A DNA stretch of 64,000 nt from a virus (IMGVR_UViG_3300046010_009647:15500-79499); one strand, 5' to 3'. Shown: positions 27,209 to 37,314, counted from the stretch's first letter. The notes: generated from the letters alone by a model not told the origin. Numbers and translations: made by a program.

Positions 27209-27243
27209 AAGACCAGTTTGTTACTGGTCTTAGTTTAACCTAA

Positions 27244-28035
27244 TCAGCTAACAGTGCGGCCCAGGAGGTAGCCATCGATATCTTCGTAGCCGGCAGCGGT
27301 ATCAGGCTGCAGGTAGCACACTTCAACCACGAAGTAACCAGTACGGCCAGCAGATGCATCACCACTGGAGATGTACCAACCACCAGAGGTGGAGGTAGCG
27401 GTCTGCGAACCACGTGCCTGGACGGTATAGGTGGTAGCAGCAGTGATCTGCTTGTACACGTTATTGACGGTCACACCAGCGGCACCGGTAGCAGTCAGGA
27501 AAGGCTGAGTGCTGTAGGCGGCAGCGCCAGCGGTGAAGAAGATTTCACCAGGCTGTGCACCAGAGGTGGTGGAGGTCAGGTTGGCTTGAGCCACGGCTTC
27601 ACCAACGGTGCCGGTGGAAGTAAGGCCAGGACCAAAGGTGATCACGTTGCCAGTGGCAGCGTAGATACCAGAAGCCACACGACCATCACCCCAGCCAGAA
27701 GCCACGGAAGCGGTAGCGCGATACACATAGGCAGGAATGGTGGCATCACCAGAGATCACCATGCCGGTGATGTCGGGACGGGTGTCATCATTCCGATAAG
27801 GGGAAGGAACAATCACACTGCCGGAAGCAACTGCACCACCACCAGAGGTAGCGGTAACAGCCACGTAACCACGCTGCTGGAAATAACGGTAGCCAGGGAC
27901 GGCCAGCACAGAAGTGGGGCCACCCTTGGAACCATCATTAACACCTGCATAGTCGGCATCAATATTCTTGTACCAACCGTTCAGAGGTTCTGCCCAGTTA
28001 CCTGGGAAGATTTTTTTAGCGGACAAATAGGTCAT
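27244..28035 (-). CDS. Abundant structural protein (decoration/minor capsid)
   Basis: Directly after MCP, same strong codon bias, Gly/Ala/Thr-rich. Confidence 0.6.
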   Translation of the reverse strand: MTYLSAKKIFPGNWAEPLNGWYKNIDADYAGVNDGSKGGPTSVLAVPGYRYFQQRGYVAVTATSGGGAVASGSVIVPSPYRNDDTRPDITGMVISGDATIPAYVYRATASVASGWGDGRVASGIYAATGNVITFGPGLTSTGTVGEAVAQANLTSTTSGAQPGEIFFTAGAAAYSTQPFLTATGAAGVTVNNVYKQITAATTYTVQARGSQTATSTSGGWYISSGDASAGRTGYFVVEVCYLQPDTAAGYEDIDGYLLGRTVS

Positions 28036-28068
28036 TTATCTTTTCCTATGTTGTTTATACGTTAGTTA

Positions 28069-29238
28069 TCAGATAGAGCCGTCATCTTGAACGAAGCTGT
28101 AGGCAGTGGTCACGAAGTCCTTGTTCAGGATCTCGAAGCCAGCGTACAGTTGCCAAATCAGGATGATAAAGCGGCTGAAGTCATCGTTGTTGTTGATCAG
28201 CACCTGAGCATTCGGGCCGCCGATGCCAACGCCAACAGACTGAGGACCGAAGAAGAAGCCTTGGGCCACTTCTTTCGAGGAGTAGGTGTTACCGGTACCA
28301 ACATCAAAGGATGCAGTAACGCTCTTGGTCGGGAAGTTGGTCGACTCGAAGAACTTCACACCTTCGAACTGAACACCAGTCGGCATCACAGGCTCACCAG
28401 CCAGGAAGTAACCCTGACCAGCTTGGGGACCCATGTAGAAGCTGGAGTTGTTAGGCATCATGGGGTTACCCATGTACATGCCTTGACCAGGATTGCCGCT
28501 ATAACGGGCGATCTCACGGAAGTCGGGATCACGACGCAGGTGCATCATGAAGGTAGGATCGCAGATGCAGCGATACAGACCATCAGCGAAGGTCGGGGTG
28601 TTACGCTTGCGCAGATCCTTAACAACGGTCAGCAGGTCGGTACGCACCTGGAACTGCTGCACTTCATTGCCGTATTCAGTGGCAGTATAGCCAATACGAC
28701 CAGAAGCATCTTTGGTCTTACCACCAGCGAAGTAGTAACCGCCTTGGGTGGTAGAAGCAGCGCCATTAGCTTCTGCTTTCGACAGTTCGTCAATGAAGAC
28801 GCGGTCACGCCAACGGCGATAGTCGTCAAGCAGCGTCAGGCTACCGATCGACTGGTGGAACATATTCAGGTTACCGGTGTCCAGCAGCAGACGCTGGGCG
28901 GTAATCAGAGTTTCACGAGCGATCTTGAAGGTCGAAGGCTGGGTCGGATCACCCGGATCTGCAGGACCAGTGTATTCCTTAAGCACCACCAGGACTTTCT
29001 CCTTGGTGATGTTACGGCTGTTAGCGGTACCGATGGTTTGGTCGGCAATACGCTCACGGCTGTCCTTAGTACCAGGGGTACCCCAGAACTTATAGCGGTC
29101 TAACTGAACGGTTTGACCAGGCTGACGAGTGAAGTCGTGAACAACCACGGGCTCGACTGCCATTTCTGCGATATACGCAGGGTGGGGACGGTAAAGTTCC
29201 GCACCCAAAATCTTTGGAAAATCGTTATCAATGAACAC
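28069..29238 (-). CDS. Major capsid protein
   Basis: Follows portal and scaffold; GGAGG RBS with GTG start; strongest codon bias; DFTRQPGQTV and DDFSRFIILIW resemble N4-gp56-type MCPs. Confidence 0.85.
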   Translation of the reverse strand: MFIDNDFPKILGAELYRPHPAYIAEMAVEPVVVHDFTRQPGQTVQLDRYKFWGTPGTKDSRERIADQTIGTANSRNITKEKVLVVLKEYTGPADPGDPTQPSTFKIARETLITAQRLLLDTGNLNMFHQSIGSLTLLDDYRRWRDRVFIDELSKAEANGAASTTQGGYYFAGGKTKDASGRIGYTATEYGNEVQQFQVRTDLLTVVKDLRKRNTPTFADGLYRCICDPTFMMHLRRDPDFREIARYSGNPGQGMYMGNPMMPNNSSFYMGPQAGQGYFLAGEPVMPTGVQFEGVKFFESTNFPTKSVTASFDVGTGNTYSSKEVAQGFFFGPQSVGVGIGGPNAQVLINNNDDFSRFIILIWQLYAGFEILNKDFVTTAYSFVQDDGSI

Positions 29239-29342
29239 TTTGTTTTATCCTCCAGTGTCGCAGGAAGTGTTTTATCGGGTGAAAGAGTCAGACATGAGTA
29301 TGTCTTATCTAACACAAATTTTAGCAGTGCGTAATTTATTTA

Positions 29343-30083
29343 TTACACGTACTGCATGGTTGTCATCCCAAGTCCTCGAGGGTTTTGGGAAACGTATGGA
29401 TCCTCAGGGTCAAGTACAGGTTGCTGGACGAAACCTGGGACGCCCGCCATCTGTGCAAGACTAGCCGTACCTCCGCCAACAAGACCACCAAGACCTGCAA
29501 CAACAGGAAGACCTGCCATATACAAACCTTGTTTTACACGATTGCCCTCAACAGCAGATAAAGCCTTTTGCTGGGCAGCCATGATTTGGTTCCCATATTC
29601 AGTGGCTTTATCTAAAGCTGCTCGAGCCGTAGATGTCGCGCCTGCTTCTGCTGCTTTAACTCCACGATTTAAGTAAGGGAGCGCAGCCTCGCCATAACCT
29701 TGGGCAATATCCTGGAAGTTTGCTCTGGCAATATTAGAAGATTGGCCTAAAGCACCAATACGGGATCCTACTAAAGCACCAAGGCCGCCTGCACCTGCTG
29801 CTTCTAGGAGAATACGCCCAGGATCCTTTTCCTCTTCTCCAAGAAGATTCCCGGCTACTGATCCACCGGCACCAATAAGACCATATGCTAAAGGTGCATA
29901 TTGAGTAGTCTTAGTAGGACTCAAATATTCAGGTAACTTACCTAAATACTTGCCAGCAAGGAGGTCTTGCGTTTTATCAAGACCTCCTTCGAGAGCGTTA
30001 AATAAACGCTCTCTTGTGGATCCTTTGGGAACGGCGGCTCGCGCATCACTGAGTAAATTTGCACCGCGCGTTAAAATTCCCAC
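29343..30083 (-). CDS. Gly/Ala-rich putative internal virion protein
   Basis: GxxxG hydrophobic segments; LAGKY motif. Confidence 0.55.
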   Translation of the reverse strand: MGILTRGANLLSDARAAVPKGSTRERLFNALEGGLDKTQDLLAGKYLGKLPEYLSPTKTTQYAPLAYGLIGAGGSVAGNLLGEEEKDPGRILLEAAGAGGLGALVGSRIGALGQSSNIARANFQDIAQGYGEAALPYLNRGVKAAEAGATSTARAALDKATEYGNQIMAAQQKALSAVEGNRVKQGLYMAGLPVVAGLGGLVGGGTASLAQMAGVPGFVQQPVLDPEDPYVSQNPRGLGMTTMQYV

Positions 30084-30087
30084 GACC

Positions 30088-31056
30088 TCACTCCATCACA
30101 AACAGTTTGTTTGCAACAACTTGAGGCTGCGCTTGGTTAAGGAGACGCCAAGCTTGTGCAGGATCCACATCCATTTGTTGCTTGAAGCTGCCCCAGAAGT
30201 TTTCAGGTTGCTGAGGAGCAGAAGCAGAAGGAGGAGCAGGGAACTGGCCCAGCATCGGATTCACTGCTTCAGTGCGATAACCAGGGGTTTCAAGCTCGGT
30301 CTCGCTTTCGTACACAGGGTACGGACCTTCAGGACCAAAGAACTTCAGGGTGTAATCGCTGAGAACATCGGGGTTCGTCAGGATTTCGTTGTAAGCCAGG
30401 TTCTCTTGGTGCTCGTTGACCGCAAACTCAGCATAGTTTTCGATCAGACCTTTGGCTTGAGTGCCCCAGGCAACAGCACTATCCAGCATGCCTTCCAGTT
30501 GAAGGGCGTAGTTGTTGAGAATAGCTGGTGCTTCAACGCCGTACGCGCTTACCACGTGGCGGGTTTCTGGACTCCACTGGAGCAGGTCCGCTACGTCCTC
30601 CAAGGATTGAACCGAGAAGGTTTGGGAAGAGTTGGGCGAGGATGTCGGGTTGGCTTGCCAAGTCTGCGGAGCCGATTGTGGCGTAACTTGGGGCGCTTGC
30701 TGGCCGTAATTGGCCGGGGCGTACTGTGTCGTCGGAGCTGATGGTTGACCCTGGAACGGGGATTGAACTGGTGCGCTCAGCAGGTTCACCACCTTGTTGA
30801 ACGCCGATTCCCATGGGTTGCCCTGACTCTCCGATGGGGATTGGGGGGCGTACTGAGACGGGGCGGATTGGTAATTGGGGGCCGCCTGAGGTACCGCTTG
30901 GGGGTAGCTCGTACCCACCTGATACTGGACCGGAGCTGCCACTGGAGCCTGGGCTGCTGGTGCTGCCTGGTAACTGGGCACCACGTAGCTGCTGGGAGCC
31001 ACCGCTGCCGGAGTCGGGCTCGTCTGTGGGATCGATTGGACGGTAGCGTCCTGCAT
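30088..31056 (-). CDS. Putative capsid scaffolding protein
   Basis: AGGAG RBS, Pro/Gln/Ala-rich N-half, between portal and MCP. Confidence 0.65.
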   Translation of the reverse strand: MQDATVQSIPQTSPTPAAVAPSSYVVPSYQAAPAAQAPVAAPVQYQVGTSYPQAVPQAAPNYQSAPSQYAPQSPSESQGNPWESAFNKVVNLLSAPVQSPFQGQPSAPTTQYAPANYGQQAPQVTPQSAPQTWQANPTSSPNSSQTFSVQSLEDVADLLQWSPETRHVVSAYGVEAPAILNNYALQLEGMLDSAVAWGTQAKGLIENYAEFAVNEHQENLAYNEILTNPDVLSDYTLKFFGPEGPYPVYESETELETPGYRTEAVNPMLGQFPAPPSASAPQQPENFWGSFKQQMDVDPAQAWRLLNQAQPQVVANKLFVME

Positions 31057-32803
31057 AACTCATCTCCTTTTGTAGAGCTTCTAATGTTCGATACAGATAT
31101 GGAGTTAAGTCCAATCTTGGGTCCGCAGCCATCGGAAGATCCGGTGCTTGCGGGTGGGGAGTCTGCATCATTCCCCCCACTAACCTGGCAAATGCAGAGT
31201 ATGCACCCTGTAATTCATTCACCATCCTGAATGGGAACCCAGATAACATCTCGGCCCGCTCCTCATCCGTCTTAGACGGGAAGAGGTACTTCAATGCTTC
31301 AATGCTATCAACACCTAATTCTTGTAGGTTTCTTACAACAATTGAGTTGTTGAGAATATCTTGGGTAGAGTCCTCATAAACAGGGCCTAACCAACGCCAT
31401 AGAACGGTGACATCTCCATCGGGAATAAGACCCATGACTCCTGGCGGAATCATCTGAGTCTCGATACAAGCCATCATAATCTTTTTGAGCTTGTCGTTAT
31501 ACATTTGCATCGCTTGCTTATATGCTTCTTCTTCTTCCGGTGGGGCACCAGGGGCAAGTGACACAGGCTTCTCAAGTCCTGCTGCAGCAGCAAGAGTTGA
31601 CTTAAACAATTGCTCTTCCTGGTAAATAATTAATTCCAGACAACGACAAAGACCATGAGTGTAAATGGCATTTGCTTTTTTCTTCGACGTTGCAGATACA
31701 CGTCCAAACAACGACTTGTACTCTGTTGCTGTTACACCAGCAGAAATAGATAGTTCATCCACGCCGCCAAGGGCAGTACGGATCTCTTCTCGATACTGAC
31801 GAGCAAATGCGTTTTGGTCACCAGTAATTGCATCTGGAACAATATAACCAACACGGTCGTTTGGCTCCAGGTTTGCAATAACGCGTGGAACACGGATCTG
31901 ACCATCAATACCACGGCTGACAGGGTCAGCCTTAAACATCGAACGGCTTAACGGAGAAGGACTTGTAAAGCCTGAGTTAGCAGCAATAGAGGGACGTTGT
32001 ACTGTAACATCGCCTCCAGCCTCCATAAGGTCTGTCTTGGGGCGAGACGACAACAGTGTTGGGTTACCAAAGAAGGTGATGTTTTTGCGCATGGTGCGCA
32101 TCAAATCATCATGCGTACAAATATGATTGGCCATTGCATCGAATTCACCGATGCCTTCTGTCGAAAATCCTTGTGGATTATTAAGAATTTCAACGCAAGG
32201 AATAAAGCCAAGACTATTGGTTAACTGTTTTGTATTTCCTGTCAACGCATAGGTTGGCATATCAAAGTTCATCTCCGAATCGGAGTGAGTTTCTTCAATC
32301 TCAGTTGTTTTGATTGAAAGGCGAATATAGCGCTTAGCTCCAGGGCTATATGTGCTTTGATTCCCGGTCAGGTTTGTTGTATTAATATTCTCGCCAAAGC
32401 CATTACCACGGCGCACCTTATAGCTGTAGATGATTACAACTTCATCCAGCTCGCCATCAACGTTGTAATAAGCACGATATTCGTGCTCACGAAAATAGTA
32501 GAGACGGTAATTATTTTTGGTTGGACGAATGTAAAAAAGACCTTTGCCATCACAGAGGAAATACTCCCAGATTGAATCCAGGCGCGTATCCATCTTGTTG
32601 TACTTCATCACGCGATCAAGGAAATCCTTGCGCTGTGCACCGAAGTTGTCTTGAGATGGAAAGAATTCTACCCCTTGGCGAATGCCAAAGAGTTTCATCT
32701 GAGCAATATGAGACGCAACGATGCCCGTATCAACAACAATATTGCTGTCCTTATCCAGGTAAGCGTTGATGATTTCTTGTAAACGGGCCTTAGCGTCAGC
32801 CAT
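30533..32803 (-). CDS. Portal protein with low-complexity tail overlapping the scaffold gene
   Basis: Position after terminase; NSLGFIPCVEILN..GEF motif typical of portals. Confidence 0.75.
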   Translation of the reverse strand: MADAKARLQEIINAYLDKDSNIVVDTGIVASHIAQMKLFGIRQGVEFFPSQDNFGAQRKDFLDRVMKYNKMDTRLDSIWEYFLCDGKGLFYIRPTKNNYRLYYFREHEYRAYYNVDGELDEVVIIYSYKVRRGNGFGENINTTNLTGNQSTYSPGAKRYIRLSIKTTEIEETHSDSEMNFDMPTYALTGNTKQLTNSLGFIPCVEILNNPQGFSTEGIGEFDAMANHICTHDDLMRTMRKNITFFGNPTLLSSRPKTDLMEAGGDVTVQRPSIAANSGFTSPSPLSRSMFKADPVSRGIDGQIRVPRVIANLEPNDRVGYIVPDAITGDQNAFARQYREEIRTALGGVDELSISAGVTATEYKSLFGRVSATSKKKANAIYTHGLCRCLELIIYQEEQLFKSTLAAAAGLEKPVSLAPGAPPEEEEAYKQAMQMYNDKLKKIMMACIETQMIPPGVMGLIPDGDVTVLWRWLGPVYEDSTQDILNNSIVVRNLQELGVDSIEALKYLFPSKTDEERAEMLSGFPFRMVNELQGAYSAFARLVGGMMQTPHPQAPDLPMAADPRLDLTPYLYRTLEALQKEMSYAGRYRPIDPTDEPDSGSGGSQQLRGAQLPGSTSSPGSSGSSGPVSGGYELPPSGTSGGPQLPIRPVSVRPPIPIGESGQPMGIGVQQGGEPAERTSSIPVPGSTISSDDTVRPGQLRPASAPSYATIGSADLASQPDILAQLFPNLLGSILGGRSGPAPVESRNPPRGKRVRR

Positions 32804-32837
32804 TATTCACCTTGTTCTTTAATTAAATACTAGCAGC

Positions 32838-33197
32838 TCAGGAGACGTACTTAGCATCAAAGCTAGAAGGAACATCAGCCTGTCTACCCAATGGATTTTG
32901 TCTGTTGTAATCACGAATATATTGACGAAAATCACCACGATTTGGGAACATGTTTTTAAAACGTAGCTCCTCTACTTCATTGAGGAATTGTCCTTGTGTC
33001 ATGGGAAGACGAGGGTCTTGTCCCACAGGAATACCCTGGGAGAGCAACTGGACATCCATACCACCACCCTGATAAGGTAACGGCATCATTTGACCAAATC
33101 CGCCACGATAGACGAGATCACTTACTGCACTTCCGTTGCCTGGCATTCCAGGAACTCCATATCCGCCATCTGTTCTAATCATTGCATGCCACCTCAA
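32838..33197 (-). CDS. Hypothetical protein (likely start ATG 33182)
   Basis: ORF with TAGAATAA upstream. Confidence 0.5.
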   Translation of the reverse strand: MRWHAMIRTDGGYGVPGMPGNGSAVSDLVYRGGFGQMMPLPYQGGGMDVQLLSQGIPVGQDPRLPMTQGQFLNEVEELRFKNMFPNRGDFRQYIRDYNRQNPLGRQADVPSSFDAKYVS

Positions 33198-33207
33198 TCC
33201 GTTTATT

Positions 33208-33390
33208 CTACTCTTCTATAACCTCGTAACCAGCAGCGTCATTAACCTTGGAAATGATAATACCAGTACCACGAACATCCCAATTAAGTACGTCACCTTC
33301 TTGCCAGCCCAGCTCTTCCGTCACCTCATCGGGAAGTACAATGTAAGGCTCTCCGTTCTCGTCCTCCTGGACTTCAAGGATGTAGCTCAT
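33208..33390 (-). CDS. AbrB/MazE-like DNA-binding protein
   Basis: IVLPDEVTEELGWQEGDVLNW...IIISK. Confidence 0.8.
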   Translation of the reverse strand: MSYILEVQEDENGEPYIVLPDEVTEELGWQEGDVLNWDVRGTGIIISKVNDAAGYEVIEE

Positions 33391-33689
33391 TTTGACTCAA
33401 GTAATTTCTCAACTAGCTTATCAAGCTTTGCGTTGATCTGATTGAAGTTGTCATGCATCTGCTGGATTTCTCTCAGGAAGTCTACCTTGAGAACGTACTC
33501 CAAAGGCATACGTTTTAAATCGTCTTCCAAGACGTCAATCCTTCGTTTTTGCGAACCAATGTAATTAAAAGCTTGTTGAATCTGGTCGTTTTGCCTGCCA
33601 AGGATTTTACCTGCGACCCAACTGCCACCGGTAATGGCTGATACAACGGCCGTCAAACCGATAGCAATGTACTCAGGTCCCACGACCAA
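33387..33689 (-). CDS. Membrane-anchored coiled-coil protein (possible lysis accessory)
   Basis: N-terminal TM helix, EYVLKVDF, KLDKL coiled coil. Confidence 0.6.
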   Translation of the reverse strand: MVVGPEYIAIGLTAVVSAITGGSWVAGKILGRQNDQIQQAFNYIGSQKRRIDVLEDDLKRMPLEYVLKVDFLREIQQMHDNFNQINAKLDKLVEKLLESK

Positions 33690-33715
33690 ATTTCGCTTTT
33701 TTCTAATTCTAATGT

Positions 33716-35242
33716 TTAGTAATCAAGTTGCAATTTACCTTTGCGCATAAGACCATTAATCATCCAGACAAGGGCATCAACGCAGTCGTCATGGCTACTA
33801 ACGCCAAAGTTAGTCAGCTCTTCAAACATAGCGGTAAAGTTGCGATATCGATTGAAGATGATCTTACGGTCCTCAAAAAGACCCATGCAACCACGGAAGC
33901 GTGCCAATTTATCAGCACGGAATCCTTTGACGGGATGCCAATTTAAGTTGTAAAGACTCTCGTTATTTAGGCATACACGTTTGAAGTCAGCTTCCAGGGA
34001 AGCCTGGTACTGTACAGCTTCTGAATAGATGTCACACGTGGAGTAAGTCGGAAAGTAATTACCGTTTTCATCTCGACCAAGTACCGACCAATCATTAAGC
34101 AGTTCTTTGAGGGCATCTAGTTTTTCTAGGTTGCCCATCACGCGTAAACGACGGTAGTCAATAACGTGAATCTGGTCGCCAATGCGTCCACCAAGAACCA
34201 TCACAGTGTAATCATTCTTCTCTTTGGTACCAGCGGATAAATCAACGCCAATAGCAAGCGTATCAAACTCTGTAGAGATCTCGGCTTTAACAATTAGCTC
34301 AGGCGCAAGCGATAGTTCGTTTTGCCTGATGACTTGATTCATGTACTGGAAAGAGAAAGCAATTGGCGCTTGCCGTTTCTTTTCCTTAAGGTAATCCAGT
34401 GACCACATATCAGGCCAATAAGATCGTTCATCCCCTGTTTTAGGATCGTTAAGGATTGCAGAAAGAACAATTTGTAACCAGTTGTTTTGCGTGTTGAATG
34501 TTGTTGCATGAATGTCATCATGTCGAAAGCGCGTACCAAGGCAGATTGCCCTAGCTCCTTCAAACATGGTGGGTGCGATCACAGCATTCCAGTTATCCTG
34601 CATCTGCTTACGAATGTCAGGGTTAGAAATGTCTGCTGCTGATTTGATGGCGTCATCGATGATGACCAAGTGTGAACGCTTGGAGGTCACTGAGCCCTTA
34701 AGACCTGCTGCACAAAGCGTAAATTGTTCTTCACCTGTGGTGTCGATACCAGCAAACTTGTGATCAATAGACCAGTACTCATTACTGGTGACGTTCTTTA
34801 AAAGACGGACCGTTGGAAAAACTTCTTGGTAGCGTTTGCTTTCAATGATACGTTTGATGGTTGCTGACTTGGAACGCGCAATATCAACCGTGTAAGACAA
34901 ATAGAGGATCTGTAGCGGCTTCTTGGCTTGTGTATGGATACCAATGGCCCAAGCTGTAAACAAACCAAGGACCGTACTCTTGGCTGATCCCCTAGGCGCC
35001 AGGAGATCAACGTTTGGTCCTGCAATCTTTAAGAGGCAACTGCTGTCTTCACCTGTCACAAAGTGACGATGCCATTCTTTGTGATGATGAGCCGGAGGTT
35101 TATCTGCTACATACTCACAGAAAAAACCAAAATCTTCCCTTGCTTTCTCCAGGGATTCAAGATTTCGGGGAACACGAATTTGCTGTCTGCGTGCCGCAGC
35201 TTGTGCATTACGTCGATACGCAAGATGTTGATACGCAGGCAC
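33716..35242 (-). CDS. terL: Terminase large subunit
   Basis: APRGSAKST Walker A, LVIIDD Walker B, GTRF, GVDLS...DYT and HDDCVDA nuclease motifs. Confidence 0.93.
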   Translation of the reverse strand: MPAYQHLAYRRNAQAAARRQQIRVPRNLESLEKAREDFGFFCEYVADKPPAHHHKEWHRHFVTGEDSSCLLKIAGPNVDLLAPRGSAKSTVLGLFTAWAIGIHTQAKKPLQILYLSYTVDIARSKSATIKRIIESKRYQEVFPTVRLLKNVTSNEYWSIDHKFAGIDTTGEEQFTLCAAGLKGSVTSKRSHLVIIDDAIKSAADISNPDIRKQMQDNWNAVIAPTMFEGARAICLGTRFRHDDIHATTFNTQNNWLQIVLSAILNDPKTGDERSYWPDMWSLDYLKEKKRQAPIAFSFQYMNQVIRQNELSLAPELIVKAEISTEFDTLAIGVDLSAGTKEKNDYTVMVLGGRIGDQIHVIDYRRLRVMGNLEKLDALKELLNDWSVLGRDENGNYFPTYSTCDIYSEAVQYQASLEADFKRVCLNNESLYNLNWHPVKGFRADKLARFRGCMGLFEDRKIIFNRYRNFTAMFEELTNFGVSSHDDCVDALVWMINGLMRKGKLQLDY

Positions 35243-35272
35243 AGTAAGTATTGTTCAGTGTATTACTGAATA

Positions 35273-35632
35273 CTACCTCATTTGCCGTCTTCGTTGCTCT
35301 TCTTCTGTTCTTTGTACTTGCGAGCTTTGTCCAGGGCGGCCTTGCGCTTCTCCTTGTCCGACATCTCGCTGCCGTCCTCGTTCTTGGCCTCTTTCTTCTT
35401 GAAATGTTCCAGGAGTTCTGGAGGCATTTTGTTCTTGCTCATTTTGCTTATTATTACGGATAGCGTTTAAAACTTCAGCACCTTCAGATGCAGGGGATTC
35501 ACCACCAACGGGTGCTCCTTGTAAACGACGAATCCCGCCAAAGCGATTTTTCTGAAGCTGCTGAACAACGTTCATTAAACCACCAGCGAGGTTGGCGTCG
35601 GGAGCAGCTTGGGCTTGTGGTGCTGGGTTCAT
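35273..35632 (-). CDS. Hypothetical protein
   Basis: ORF track; 3' half overlaps a second frame. Confidence 0.45.
   Translation of the reverse strand: MNPAPQAQAAPDANLAGGLMNVVQQLQKNRFGGIRRLQGAPVGGESPASEGAEVLNAIRNNKQNEQEQNASRTPGTFQEERGQERGRQRDVGQGEAQGRPGQSSQVQRTEEEQRRRQMR
35278..35442 (-). CDS. Small Lys/Glu-rich protein, 54 aa
   Basis: MSKNKMPPELLEHFKKKEAK...KSNEDGK; good codon usage. Confidence 0.6.
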   Translation of the reverse strand: MSKNKMPPELLEHFKKKEAKNEDGSEMSDKEKRKAALDKARKYKEQKKSNEDGK

Positions 35633-35647
35633 GAGTTTTATTTTAAA

Positions 35648-36274
35648 TCAACTTTCCTCATACTGCATCTTTGCCCAGATGCTCATCGAGGCTTCTTCCA
35701 AGGGAATCTCAATGGGATCATCTTTGAAGATCACCATTAATTCACGAATGGCGCGGTCAGCACCAGCCATCAATAAACCTTTACGATCTCGACTAGAAGT
35801 AAATTGCTCAATCTGAGCAATCGTACCGCGTAATTCTTTTTGCATACCAGCGATGCGTGCAACGCCTGCATCACGTTTTACGACACCATTATCTACGTCG
35901 TCACGTAATTTACGGATATCTTCTTGCATCTCCTCAATTTCATAGAGGAGTTTCCTACGGTGATCCGGTTTAGGGTAGTGGCTTTTAACCCACTGCTCAC
36001 ATGGAACAATACTTCCTTTGTAACCAAGAAACCTGGCGTATAGGTAGCACTCGATTATCGAAAAAGTTTCTTCAGCAAAACTAACGAAAGCGTCTTGTTC
36101 AGCAGAGTCGATATTATCAACCCACTGATCAAACAGCTCAATATCGATAAGCTCGTTGCGCCTGGTTGTAGTCGCGGGTTTCGTCAGCTTGCTTGAACTC
36201 CTGTCCTTGAGAAGCGGAAGTTCGTTGTTCTTCTGCGCCTTTACCGATGGTTTCACGTTCTTGGGTTCCGGCAT
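35648..36274 (-). CDS. Helical protein, candidate terminase small subunit; start uncertain
   Basis: Upstream of terL; coiled-coil core. Confidence 0.5.
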   Translation of the reverse strand: MPEPKNVKPSVKAQKNNELPLLKDRSSSKLTKPATTTRRNELIDIELFDQWVDNIDSAEQDAFVSFAEETFSIIECYLYARFLGYKGSIVPCEQWVKSHYPKPDHRRKLLYEIEEMQEDIRKLRDDVDNGVVKRDAGVARIAGMQKELRGTIAQIEQFTSSRDRKGLLMAGADRAIRELMVIFKDDPIEIPLEEASMSIWAKMQYEES

Positions 36275-36386
36275 CTTCTAATTTCTTCTTAGAGAAACTA
36301 TAAGCCACTTCCGCAGCTTGCTTATATTTATCTAGATCAAACCAGTCATCGGCTTCGGTTTGACCTGCAGGCACGCTACTGGTCAT
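36138..36386 (-). CDS. Small protein, paralogue 2 (MTSSVPAGQ)
   Basis: AAGGAG RBS; DDWFDLDKY. Confidence 0.65.
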   Translation of the reverse strand: MTSSVPAGQTEADDWFDLDKYKQAAEVAYSFSKKKLEDAGTQERETIGKGAEEQRTSASQGQEFKQADETRDYNQAQRAYRY

Positions 36387-36407
36387 GACTCATTTCTCCT
36401 TAAGTGA

Positions 36408-36587
36408 TCAGAAGTTGCTCATCATGCTGGCAAGGCCCTGAGCAAAGATGTTGCGACGACCTTCCGTCGATTCTTGACGCTTTTGACGACCTTTAGAACC
36501 TTCTAGCTTATCAAGAAGTTGTTGAAACTTATCGATATCAAAGTAGTCGTCGGCAGAAGACTGCCCAGCGGGAACAGAAGAAGTCAT
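36408..36587 (-). CDS. Small protein, paralogue 1 (MTSSVPAGQ), 59 aa
   Basis: Hand translation MTSSVPAGQSSADDYFDIDKFQQ...GLASMMSNF. Confidence 0.7.
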   Translation of the reverse strand: MTSSVPAGQSSADDYFDIDKFQQLLDKLEGSKGRQKRQESTEGRRNIFAQGLASMMSNF

Positions 36588-36625
36588 TGTAATAACGCTT
36601 GGTTATGTATCTATTTTAAACAGTA

Positions 36626-37312
36626 TTAACCAAAGACTGAACCAATTAAACCATACATGGAGCCAGCTAACTGCATTTTGCCAATACTTTTATCTGCTGA
36701 TGTCCTTTGCTTCATGGATTCCAGACTGTACTTACCTGTTGTTTCGGCGACATCACGAGAAGCCTGGGCCTCAATACCTGCAACTTTTTCAAGCCCCGCA
36801 TTGATAATTGGCTGTAGATCCAGCTTGCCTTTAACTTCAATGTTGGCAACTGCCTGGCGCCATTCAGATTCTTTATCTGCGCCGTATTTAACACCTTCTA
36901 AACCAAGGCTTGCTGCATATTTCTGTGCATCAGAGTAGGCACGGGCAACTTCTTTATCGGCATCAGCGCGAATACCAGCGGAACTAACTTGTGCGTTAGC
37001 GCCGATCTGCGCAGCGTTTTGAGACCATTGACCTTGGATGTTAGCAAGATTTTCTTGACCTGTTTGAAGGGTTTGAAAAATACCTGCATAGTCAGAAGCA
37101 CTAAGAGGATTTGTTGCAGCAGGATTAAAATCGCTAGGGGTATTGTTACTTTCTCTAGTAGGTTTTCCTATCCATGTATCCCTACCTTGGGAATACGATT
37201 TAATGTCGCCGTAATTAACGTTGTTATACTGCCTTGCAATTTGTTTGGCTTCTTGACGACTTACACCACCATCGGATGATGCAGCTTTTTTAACATCTTG
37301 CTTCCAGCCCAT
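36626..37312 (-). CDS. Putative DNA-pilot/ejection-like protein
   Basis: Ala-rich helical repeats (KYAA, KYGAD). Confidence 0.5.
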   Translation of the reverse strand: MGWKQDVKKAASSDGGVSRQEAKQIARQYNNVNYGDIKSYSQGRDTWIGKPTRESNNTPSDFNPAATNPLSASDYAGIFQTLQTGQENLANIQGQWSQNAAQIGANAQVSSAGIRADADKEVARAYSDAQKYAASLGLEGVKYGADKESEWRQAVANIEVKGKLDLQPIINAGLEKVAGIEAQASRDVAETTGKYSLESMKQRTSADKSIGKMQLAGSMYGLIGSVFG

Positions 37313-37314
37313 TG

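Noticed and set aside
28087-29103. 338-aa plus-strand ORF antisense to the capsid gene (also 27586-28065, 29950-30741)
   Set aside because: Shadow ORFs explained by strong codon bias of the minus-strand genes
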